Positions 44,198 to 51,590 of a stretch of DNA of 53,697 bases are shown here, piece after piece. Under the pieces are notes generated by a model. That model saw only the letters and a list, made by a program, of their open reading frames with translations, made no database searches and was not told the origin of the DNA. The stretch is from NCBI GenBank assembly GCA_005880875.1, contig VBJI01000076.1:1-53697 (forward strand). The letters are read 5' to 3'. A program made the translations under genes and the position numbers. The stretch comes from Chloroflexota bacterium. Its GTDB lineage: Bacteria > Chloroflexota > Dormibacteria > CF-121. Position 1 is the first letter of the stretch. Each line of letters begins with the position of its first letter.

Positions 44198-45463
44198 GTG
44201 GACGTGCTCGGCACCGTCAAGAGCATCACGATTCCGGCCCAGCGACTTCCGCATGCGGTGCGCAGCGGCGAGTGGTTCGACGGATCGTCGGTGGAGGGCT
44301 TCGCCCGCATCTTCGAGAGCGACATGTTCCTGCGGCCTGACCTGGACACGCTCACCATCGGCGAGGCCGACGGCGTCAAGAGCGCCCAGGTGATCTGCGA
44401 CCTGCTGACCCCTGACGGTGAGCGGTTCGCCGGCGATCCGCGGGGTGTGCTGGCACGCGCGCTGGCCGATGCGGGGGCGCTCGGCTTCGACTACGCGGTC
44501 GCCATGGAGCTCGAGTTCTTCCTGCTCAACCCGGACCCCGCCGGCGGTGGCGTGCGGCCGGGGCGGCATGACCGCGCGAGCTACTTCGACCATCCGGTCG
44601 ACGTCGCTAGCGAAGTCCGGCAGGAAATCGTCGAGGCGCTCGATCGCCTCGGCATCACGATCGACGCGAGTCACCACGAGGTGGCCGCCGGCCAGTACGA
44701 GCTGGACCTGGCGCTGAGCAATGCGCTGAAGAGTGCCGACCAGCTGGTCACGCTCAAGCACGCCGTCAAGGCCGTCGCGCAACGGCGTGGGTTGCTGGCG
44801 ACATTCATGCCAAAGCCGATCTTCGGCGCGGCCGGCTCCGGCATGCACACGCACCAGGTGCTCACCGACCCTGGGAAAGAGACGAATGCTTTCTATGATC
44901 GCGCCGACCAGTACCATCTCTCGTCGGTCGCCAAGCATTTCATCGCCGGCCAGCTGGCGCATGCTCGCGCCCTGTGCGCCGTGGTTGCCCCCCTCGTCAA
45001 CTCGTACAAACGGTTCGTGCCCGGGTTCGAGGCCCCGGTCGCGATCAGCTGGGCGCAGATGAATCGCTCCGCGCTGATTCGAGTGCCGAGGGCCGGGAGC
45101 AGCGACCGGGCCGCGATCCGGATCGAATTTCGCGCTCCGGATCCTTCCTGCAATCCGTATCTAGCCTTTGCGGCGATGTTGCACGCCGGCCTGTCAGGCA
45201 TTGGCCAGAAACTGCCCCTGCCGCCACCGGTCGAGGAGAACCTCTACGCCTTCGATCCCGAACGCCTGGCCCGGCACCAACTCGGCCAACTCCCCGGTTC
45301 CCTCGCCGAGGCGCTCAAGGATCTTCGCCAGGACGAGGTGATGCGCGACGCGCTGGGTGTCCACCTCCTCGAGCGTTTTATCGAGACGAAGGAGATGGAG
45401 TGGCAGAGCTATGAGAAGCAAGTCAGCGCCTGGGAACTCGACGCCTACCTCGAGACGTACTAA
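44198..45463 (+). CDS. Glutamine synthetase family protein (GSI-alpha / GlnA2-like paralog); true start probably upstream of 44198
   Basis: It has [45 protein letters not shown] and NRSALIRVP. The GTG at 44198 is the first canonical in-frame start, but the conserved N-terminal strand GIRFLDLRFVDVLG is encoded in frame upstream of it. Confidence 0.85.
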   Translation: MDVLGTVKSITIPAQRLPHAVRSGEWFDGSSVEGFARIFESDMFLRPDLDTLTIGEADGVKSAQVICDLLTPDGERFAGDPRGVLARALADAGALGFDYAVAMELEFFLLNPDPAGGGVRPGRHDRASYFDHPVDVASEVRQEIVEALDRLGITIDASHHEVAAGQYELDLALSNALKSADQLVTLKHAVKAVAQRRGLLATFMPKPIFGAAGSGMHTHQVLTDPGKETNAFYDRADQYHLSSVAKHFIAGQLAHARALCAVVAPLVNSYKRFVPGFEAPVAISWAQMNRSALIRVPRAGSSDRAAIRIEFRAPDPSCNPYLAFAAMLHAGLSGIGQKLPLPPPVEENLYAFDPERLARHQLGQLPGSLAEALKDLRQDEVMRDALGVHLLERFIETKEMEWQSYEKQVSAWELDAYLETY

Positions 45464-45764
45464 CAACCTTCCCAGTCCCCTCCTGATCGCGGTCGCCGTC
45501 GTCATCATCGCCCTGGCAGGTTTCTACGTCATCGAGGCGTTCATCGCGCCGTACCCGCTGATCCGGGTCGTGTTGCGTAGCCTGCCGGTGCTTCCCGTCG
45601 CCATCTGGACGCTGTGGTATGAGAAATCCCGGCCGCTCAAACGACATCGGCCGCTGATTCGTGCCGCCGGGCGGATCCTGCTGCTGGTGGTGGTGATGGC
45701 CTTCGCCATCGCCATTCTCGGTTTCGGCCTCAACTGGCTCTATGATCCAAACCGAGTCATCTGA
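45411..45764 (+). CDS. Small hypothetical membrane protein
   Basis: It has about 3 TM segments. Its stop TGA at 45762-64 shares 1 nt with the next ATG, suggesting translational coupling. The start is uncertain (GTG 45357 or ATG 45411, both overlapping the GS gene 3' end). Confidence 0.4.
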   Translation: MRSKSAPGNSTPTSRRTNNLPSPLLIAVAVVIIALAGFYVIEAFIAPYPLIRVVLRSLPVLPVAIWTLWYEKSRPLKRHRPLIRAAGRILLLVVVMAFAIAILGFGLNWLYDPNRVI

Positions 45765-46237
45765 TGCAGGAGCCAATCCCGAGCGAGCTGCAGGACCTTG
45801 CGACCCGAATCACAGCGCTGTCGCCCAGCCTTCAGGTGATCGGGGTCAAGCGACCAGGCTGGCAAAAAGGTTCGAGCACGCCCATCTACATGAGCGCCTA
45901 TTCGCTCGAAGTTCGGGACCGGGACACTTCGGAGACCTACATCATCACGACCGAGACACTCTTCACCGCCGGCGTCTCGACGGTGGACCAGACTCAGACC
46001 AAGTATCTTGCAAGCGCTCGAGGACGCTACTTTGGAATGTTGATCCTGCTCCTGGGCGCGATCGTTTTAGCTCTCGGATCGTTGATTAACGGCCTCGCCT
46101 GGATACCCGCTCTCGTGCTGCTTGCGGTTGGCCTCTGGATCTGGATTCAAGCTCGCCGCGCAGTGCCGCAGGGCTGGCCAACACCACGGGACAGCATCGT
46201 GATGATGATCACCGGGCGATTCAAGCGCCGGGCTTGA
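45764..46237 (+). CDS. Hypothetical protein with two C-terminal TM segments
   Basis: This is ORF-track frame with an ATG start coupled to the previous ORF. I do not recognise the family. Confidence 0.5.
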   Translation: MQEPIPSELQDLATRITALSPSLQVIGVKRPGWQKGSSTPIYMSAYSLEVRDRDTSETYIITTETLFTAGVSTVDQTQTKYLASARGRYFGMLILLLGAIVLALGSLINGLAWIPALVLLAVGLWIWIQARRAVPQGWPTPRDSIVMMITGRFKRRA

Positions 46238-46313
46238 GATGCGGCGTTCGCCTGGGTTTAGGTCAATTACAATGGCGCCTGATCCGCCCATCTGAGGAGT
46301 AGGAGGTCGGCAA

Positions 46314-46715
46314 ATGGCACACCATCTGAAGGATCTGACGATCGAGCTCGACGAGAAAGTCGGCACCGTCGCGGCGGCGGCTGAGGCGCTGGGCAAGGCG
46401 GGCATCAATATCGAGGGCATCTGCGGGTTCGTCGTCGGTGGCAAGGGTGTCGGCCACGTCCTGGTGGCGGACCCGGCGAAGGCGCGCCAAGCGTTGCAAA
46501 GCGCCGGTGCCCGAGTGACCGGCGAGCAGGACGCCCTCGTGCTGGACATCGAGGACAAGCCCGGCGCGCTCGGCAAGGTGACCCGCAAGATCGCCGACGC
46601 CGGCGTCAGCCTGAGCGCGGTCTACCTGGCCACGAAGACTCGCATCGTCATCGGCGCGCGCGACCTGGAGAAGGCGCGCGGCGCCGTTGGGGAAGGCGCC
46701 GCCAGTCATCGATGA
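46314..46715 (+). CDS. ACT domain-containing protein (tandem ACT-like halves)
   Basis: AGGAGG lies 7 nt upstream of the ATG. Two repeats of the pattern D.PG.LG/V...L..AG.NI/SL are present. Confidence 0.6.
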   Translation: MAHHLKDLTIELDEKVGTVAAAAEALGKAGINIEGICGFVVGGKGVGHVLVADPAKARQALQSAGARVTGEQDALVLDIEDKPGALGKVTRKIADAGVSLSAVYLATKTRIVIGARDLEKARGAVGEGAASHR

Positions 46716-47265
46716 GGATCGCCCAGCGCTGGTGGTCGCGCCAACGGCCGGCGACCTTCAGATAGCGGGGTGAGAAGCCCTCGAGCCGGAAACCGGAGCG
46801 TTTGACGAGGGCGATCGAGGCGACGTTCTCCGGCTGGACGTTCGCCTCGACTCGATGGAGTTTCATCGCGATGAAGGCGTGTCGCAACACCAGTTGCATC
46901 CCTTCGCCCATGTAACCCTGACGGACGTACGGCTGCGCGGCGTAATAGCCGAGGTACGCGCTGTGAAACATTCCGCGGACGATCTCGCCCAGGGTAAAGA
47001 TGCCGACGATGGCGCCGTCGGCGAGCCGGCAGATGAGGAGGCACCGCACGTTCGGCCGGCGGCAACGCGACATCCACCGGCCGAACGCCGCCGAATCGGT
47101 CGGCGGCCTGACCCAGCCTCGGTGGAGGGCCCGGCTGGCCCGGTTCATGGCGACGATCGACGGGCCGTCGCGGCTGGTCGGCGTGCGCGCAAAGACACGC
47201 TCCCCGACCTCGAGCCTGCGAGCCGGTTGCCTGTGGGAGGCCCGGCCAGAATCAGCCCTGGGCAC
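46648..47265 (-). CDS. GNAT family N-acetyltransferase (RimJ/RimL-like)
   Basis: It has YLGYYAAQPYVRQGYMGEGMQLVLRHAFIAMKLHRVEANVQPENVASIALVKRSGFRLEGF. The start was re-placed at GTG 47265 (a 14-nt overlap with the SDR stop). The upstream part of the track ORF overlaps the SDR gene. Confidence 0.7.
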   Translation of the reverse strand: MPRADSGRASHRQPARRLEVGERVFARTPTSRDGPSIVAMNRASRALHRGWVRPPTDSAAFGRWMSRCRRPNVRCLLICRLADGAIVGIFTLGEIVRGMFHSAYLGYYAAQPYVRQGYMGEGMQLVLRHAFIAMKLHRVEANVQPENVASIALVKRSGFRLEGFSPRYLKVAGRWRDHQRWAILIDDWRRLPQRRRAPSPGRARR

Positions 47266-48046
47266 TCCGTGCCCATCCCGCGAGCACGCGGCGGACCGCC
47301 CAGCCGGCGACGGAATTGGCCGCCAGGGCGAGCCGATCGGGAACGAACGAGATGTAGACCGACGTCTGGTTTCGCTCGACCGCACGCGCGACGCGACGCG
47401 CCACCTTCTCGGCGGTGACCGGCGGGACCCGCTGGTGCGCAGCAGGCCCCCGGATCCCCAGCCGGTTATCGCCGAAGGCCGAGCGCGTGGTGCCGGGAAA
47501 GACATTCATGACCCTGATGCCACGAGGGCCCTCTTCCATCCGGAGCGCGTCGCCAATCGCGGTCAACGCGAACTTGCTCGCCGAGTAGTAACCGATCCGG
47601 GGGATGACGATGCGGCCGGCCATCGACGAGATGTTGATGATCATCCCGGCACGCTGTGCCCGCATGGTCGGGATGACGGCGCGGATCGCCGCGGACGCCG
47701 CCAGCACGTTGAGGCGGAACAACCTCTCGACGTCGTCGGCCGAGGCGTCGCCGATGGGCGCGTGCAAGCCCACCCCCGCGTTGTTGACCAGAATGTCGAT
47801 GCCGCCGAGCTGGCGGATGGTCTCCTTCGCCATTTGGTCAACGGCGCCGTCCTGGGTGACGTCGGTCGGAATGACGACCGCCCGACCGCCGTTCGTCTGG
47901 ATCGCACCCGCCAGCTCGTCGAGGGCCGTCTGTGTTCTCGCGGCGAGGGCCAGCAAGGCCCCACGCCCGGCAAACTCGAGCGCGATCGCGCGGCCGATAC
48001 CGCTGGAGGCGCCGGTGACGATGACGCGCGCCTGGTTCAGCCGCAC
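47252..48046 (-). CDS. Short-chain dehydrogenase/reductase (classical SDR)
   Basis: It has VTGASSGIGRA, NNAG and YYSASKFAL. Confidence 0.9.
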   Translation of the reverse strand: MRLNQARVIVTGASSGIGRAIALEFAGRGALLALAARTQTALDELAGAIQTNGGRAVVIPTDVTQDGAVDQMAKETIRQLGGIDILVNNAGVGLHAPIGDASADDVERLFRLNVLAASAAIRAVIPTMRAQRAGMIINISSMAGRIVIPRIGYYSASKFALTAIGDALRMEEGPRGIRVMNVFPGTTRSAFGDNRLGIRGPAAHQRVPPVTAEKVARRVARAVERNQTSVYISFVPDRLALAANSVAGWAVRRVLAGWARSAQG

Positions 48047-48049
48047 GCG

Positions 48050-48853
48050 TTAATGCTGACAGCCGCGACAGAAATCCGTGGCTTCGCCGCGCGCGGTCAG
48101 CTCGGAGATGCGATGTCCGCAGCGGGGGCACTTCTCTTTCGCTTTCCCATGGACCGCCATGAAGCTTCGATCCTGCTTGTGTGGCTCGTACTTGGGCTGC
48201 CCCTTGATGGAATCGATGGCGGATCGCAAGACCCTTCCGGTCGCGGCATGCAGCCTGGTCACCTCGTCCGACTTGAGTGTCGTTCGCTTTCGTAGCGGCA
48301 GCAGCTGGGCCTCGTGCAGGATCTCGTCCGAGTAGGCATTGCCCACGCCGGAGATGAAGGCCTGGTTCCGCAGCAGGTTCTTCAGCTCACCCGGGTGACG
48401 GCGAATCCGCTGCGCAAATTCGGACTGGCCGACCGTCAACGCATCCGGCCCCAGCTCCGCCCATCCCGGGATGGTCGGCAGCGCGCCGGGAGCGACCCAG
48501 TACACCCGACCCATTTTGACCGTGTCGAGGAATCGCAATTCGTCTGCGCCCTCGAGTGTGATGCGAAACACGGTGGCCGCCCCGACTTTCTCGGAGCGGG
48601 TCGTCCACTGGAAGCGGCCTCCCAGCATCGGGTTGACGACGAGGTGCTGTCCGCTGATGTCGAAGATCAAGAACTTGCCGCGGCGCCAGGTTCGCTCGAA
48701 GACCCCACCGGTCAGCTGCCGTGCAAACTCGTCTGGCGGTGTGCGCAGCAGGAAGCTGAGTTTCGGCGAGGTCCAGACCTCGCTGATCCGCTTTCCCTCC
48801 AGGCGCGGGCCCAGGTATTCACGCAGAACTTCGAGTTCAGGCAATTCGGGCAT
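48050..48853 (-). CDS. mutM: Formamidopyrimidine-DNA glycosylase / Nei family (Fpg)
   Basis: The start was re-placed at ATG 48853, giving MPELPELEV (catalytic Pro2/Glu3). It has an H2TH region and a C-terminal zinc finger CPRCGH...CRGCQ. Confidence 0.88.
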   Translation of the reverse strand: MPELPELEVLREYLGPRLEGKRISEVWTSPKLSFLLRTPPDEFARQLTGGVFERTWRRGKFLIFDISGQHLVVNPMLGGRFQWTTRSEKVGAATVFRITLEGADELRFLDTVKMGRVYWVAPGALPTIPGWAELGPDALTVGQSEFAQRIRRHPGELKNLLRNQAFISGVGNAYSDEILHEAQLLPLRKRTTLKSDEVTRLHAATGRVLRSAIDSIKGQPKYEPHKQDRSFMAVHGKAKEKCPRCGHRISELTARGEATDFCRGCQH

Positions 48854-48904
48854 CGCGCCATAGGCTACCGAACGTTCGCCCAGATTGCCCGGGGCGCATA
48901 ACAC

Positions 48905-48933
48905 TTGACAAGACTGGACGTCTCATCTAGTAT
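48905..48933 (+). promoter_or_regulatory. Near-consensus sigma70 promoter TTGACA-17 nt-TAGTAT for the TetR/ABC-2 operon
   Basis: Read directly from the sequence. The TTG that the ORF track used as a start codon at 48905 is the first base of the -35 box. The spacer contains the inverted repeat AGAC-N5-GTCT. Confidence 0.6.
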
Positions 48934-48982
48934 CGTCCCAACCAAACTGGTGGCAGAATCACGGTCGCGCAAGGAGCGGATC

Positions 48983-49714
48983 ATGCGAGAGGCCGCGCGT
49001 CTTTACGAAGCGGGTGAACCACCCTCCGTGGACGCGATCGCGGAGGCCGCGGGCGTCTCTCGGACCACGCTGTATCGCATCTTTCCCTCGCGCGCGGCGC
49101 TGCTCGATACGCTGGCGATCGCGCCGGAACCCGGTACCCGGCAGCGCATTCTGGAGGCGGCCTTGCGACTGCTGACCAGCCGATCGCTGTCGGATCTGTC
49201 CATGGATGAGCTCGCTGCCGAGGCCGGCGTGTCCCGGGCCAATCTCTATCGGCTCTTCCCCGGTAAGTCCGCCCTCTTCCGAGCGATCCTCCTCGCTTAC
49301 TCACCCTTCGAGCCGGTGATGGCGTTGCTCGCGCGCGCCGCAGGCCGCCCGCCCGACGAGGTGATTCCCCAGGTGGTGCTGGCAGCGTATCGGACCGTGG
49401 CTCGACACCGGGGCATCGTGCGGACGCTCCTTCTGGAGATCACGTCCATGGCGCCGGAGACGCAGCAGGTTTTCGCCGAAACCGGGGTACGCGCCTTTGC
49501 CACATTTGGCGGATACCTCGCCACCCAGATGACCGCCGGCCGGCTCCGACGGATGCATCCCATGCTGGCCCTTCAAGGTCTGGTCGGCAGCGTGATCCTG
49601 CACCTGCTTGCCGAACCCGTCTTCGGTCAGGCGGGCATGGACGCCCCCAGCGGAGAAGAGGCTATCCTCCAGCTCGCGCAGCTCTGGCTGCGCGGCATGC
49701 GTCCGGAGGCGTGA
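48983..49714 (+). CDS. TetR/AcrR family transcriptional regulator
   Basis: ATG 48983 lies 6 nt after AAGGAG. The HTH is PSVDAIAEAAGVSRTTLYRIF, and a second HTH-like repeat LSMDELAAEAGVSRANLYRLF suggests a duplicated N-terminal domain. Confidence 0.85.
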   Translation: MREAARLYEAGEPPSVDAIAEAAGVSRTTLYRIFPSRAALLDTLAIAPEPGTRQRILEAALRLLTSRSLSDLSMDELAAEAGVSRANLYRLFPGKSALFRAILLAYSPFEPVMALLARAAGRPPDEVIPQVVLAAYRTVARHRGIVRTLLLEITSMAPETQQVFAETGVRAFATFGGYLATQMTAGRLRRMHPMLALQGLVGSVILHLLAEPVFGQAGMDAPSGEEAILQLAQLWLRGMRPEA

Positions 49715-49717
49715 GGC

Positions 49718-50440
49718 ATGGCCACCGGGGAGCCGTACGCGGTTGAGGCGTTGCAGGTCAGCAAACGATTTGGCGCGCAACGCGCGCTCGATGGCGTCAC
49801 CCTGCGGGTCCGCCGCGGCGAGGTCTACGGGATCCTGGGCCCAAACGGTGCCGGGAAGACGACGCTGATCCGCTCTCTCGTCGGGCTGATCGTTCCCGAC
49901 GGTGGGACCGTCGCCGTTCTCGGCCGGCGGATGCCGTCTCTCGACATCCTGGCTCGGGTTGGGTACATGACCCAGCAGGCGGCCCTCTATCCCGATCTCT
50001 CGGCGGCGGAGAACGTCCGCTTCTTCGCCGAGATCTACGGCGCTGACGGTGGCGTGCGCGAAGCCCTCGAGTTCGTCGACCTCTGGGATCGCCGGGACTC
50101 CGTCGTGAGCAACCTGAGCGGCGGCATGCGTACGCGGTGCTCGCTGGCATGCGCGCTCGTCCACAAGCCCGACCTGCTCCTGCTCGACGAACCGACCGTC
50201 GGCGTCGATCCGCAATTGCGGGTTCAACTGTGGGATCGCTTCCAACGGATGGCGCGCGAAGGCGCAGCCATCCTCGTCTCCAGCCACGTGATGGACGAGG
50301 CCGAGCGATGCGACCGGCTCGGACTGATCCGCTTCGGCCGTCTGCTCGCCGAGGGGACGGTGGCCGAACTCAAACGCTCGGCGGGGGTCGAGCGTCTGGA
50401 GGACGCCTTCCTCAAGCTCTCGGAGTCATCCGCCGCATGA
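49718..50440 (+). CDS. ABC transporter ATP-binding protein (ABC-2/DrrA-like)
   Basis: It has Walker A GPNGAGKTT, the signature LSGGMRTR and Walker B LLLLDEPT. Confidence 0.9.
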   Translation: MATGEPYAVEALQVSKRFGAQRALDGVTLRVRRGEVYGILGPNGAGKTTLIRSLVGLIVPDGGTVAVLGRRMPSLDILARVGYMTQQAALYPDLSAAENVRFFAEIYGADGGVREALEFVDLWDRRDSVVSNLSGGMRTRCSLACALVHKPDLLLLDEPTVGVDPQLRVQLWDRFQRMAREGAAILVSSHVMDEAERCDRLGLIRFGRLLAEGTVAELKRSAGVERLEDAFLKLSESSAA

Positions 50441-51531
50441 GCCGGCGGCGGGTCGCGGCGATCACGCGGCGGCTGTTGCAGCAATTTCGGCGAGACCGGC
50501 GGACCCTGGCCCTCCTCTTCTTTGCGCCGCTGGTGATCCTGGCGCTCCTCGGCTACCTGCTGCGCGGCGGCGGAAGCGTCCCGACCATGGGCGTGGCCAA
50601 TCTAGACACCGGCCCGCTCGGTGGCGTGGTGGCCTCACAGCTCGAGCGCTCCAACACGGTCTCCGCCACCAACATGTCCCAGGCCGACGCCGAGACCAAA
50701 TTGCACAATGGTGACCTCGCCGGATACGTCGTGCTCCCGCCGGACTTTTCCGCGCAGGCCCAGCAGGCTCGTGTCGTCGCCCCCGACGTGCGCCTCGAGG
50801 GCAGCCAGCCGGGGCTCTCGGGCTCGATCCTGCAGGCGGTGAGCCAGTCCTTCACCGCGCTCGCCAGCACCGCAGGGGTCCACTTCGAGCCCAGGGTGAC
50901 GTATCTGTACGGCGGACCGAACTTCGACACGCTCGATTACTTTGGCGCCGCCTTCGTCGGCCTCGTCGTGTTCTTCCTGGTTTTCGTGATCACCGCGGTG
51001 GCCTTCCTGCGTGAGCGAGGCCAGGGAACCCTCGAACGGCTGATGGCCAGCCCCCTTCGCCGTCCCGAGATCGTGCTCGGCTACATGCTCGGCTTCACGG
51101 TCTTAGCCCTCATCCAGTCTGCGGAGGTGCTCGCCTTCAGCCTGCTCGTGCTGCACGTCCACAACAGCGGCAACGTCGCGCTGATCTTCATCCTGGAAGC
51201 GCTGATGGCGATCGCCGCGGTCAACCTCGGCATCTTCCTCAGCATGTTTGCTCGCACCGAGTTCCAGGCGGTGCAATTCATCCCGCTCGTCATCGTGCCG
51301 CAGATCCTCCTCGCCGGCATCATCTTCCCGGTGAGCACGGAGCCGCGACTGCTGCAGGTGCTGTCGCACGTCCTGCCACTGACCTATGCCGTCGAGGGCA
51401 TGCGCAACATCATGATCAAGGGCGCCGACCTCGGCTGGTCGTCACTTCAGCTCGACTTCGGCGTGGTGCTGGGCTTCGCGGTCCTGGTCATCCTCGCCGG
51501 CGCCACGACGCTTCGGCGCCGCATCGCTTGA
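50437..51531 (+). CDS. ABC-2 type transporter permease
   Basis: ATG 50437 forms an ATGA overlap with the ATPase stop. It has one N-terminal TM, a large loop, then 5 TM segments. The upstream 100 aa of the track ORF are overlap junk. Confidence 0.85.
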   Translation: MSRRRVAAITRRLLQQFRRDRRTLALLFFAPLVILALLGYLLRGGGSVPTMGVANLDTGPLGGVVASQLERSNTVSATNMSQADAETKLHNGDLAGYVVLPPDFSAQAQQARVVAPDVRLEGSQPGLSGSILQAVSQSFTALASTAGVHFEPRVTYLYGGPNFDTLDYFGAAFVGLVVFFLVFVITAVAFLRERGQGTLERLMASPLRRPEIVLGYMLGFTVLALIQSAEVLAFSLLVLHVHNSGNVALIFILEALMAIAAVNLGIFLSMFARTEFQAVQFIPLVIVPQILLAGIIFPVSTEPRLLQVLSHVLPLTYAVEGMRNIMIKGADLGWSSLQLDFGVVLGFAVLVILAGATTLRRRIA

Positions 51532-51547
51532 CCTGAGCAACCGCTCG

Positions 51548-51580
51548 CGTTACAGTGATAATGGGCGGAAACGTTACAGT
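51548..51580. repeat. Direct repeat CGTTACAGT (x2, 24-nt period), each followed by an AT-rich -10-like hexamer (GATAAT / ATAAAT)
   Basis: Read directly from an AT-rich 70-nt intergenic region: cgcGTTACAGTgataatgggcggaaaCGTTACAGTataaat. Confidence 0.6.
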
Positions 51581-51590
51581 ATAAATAGCG

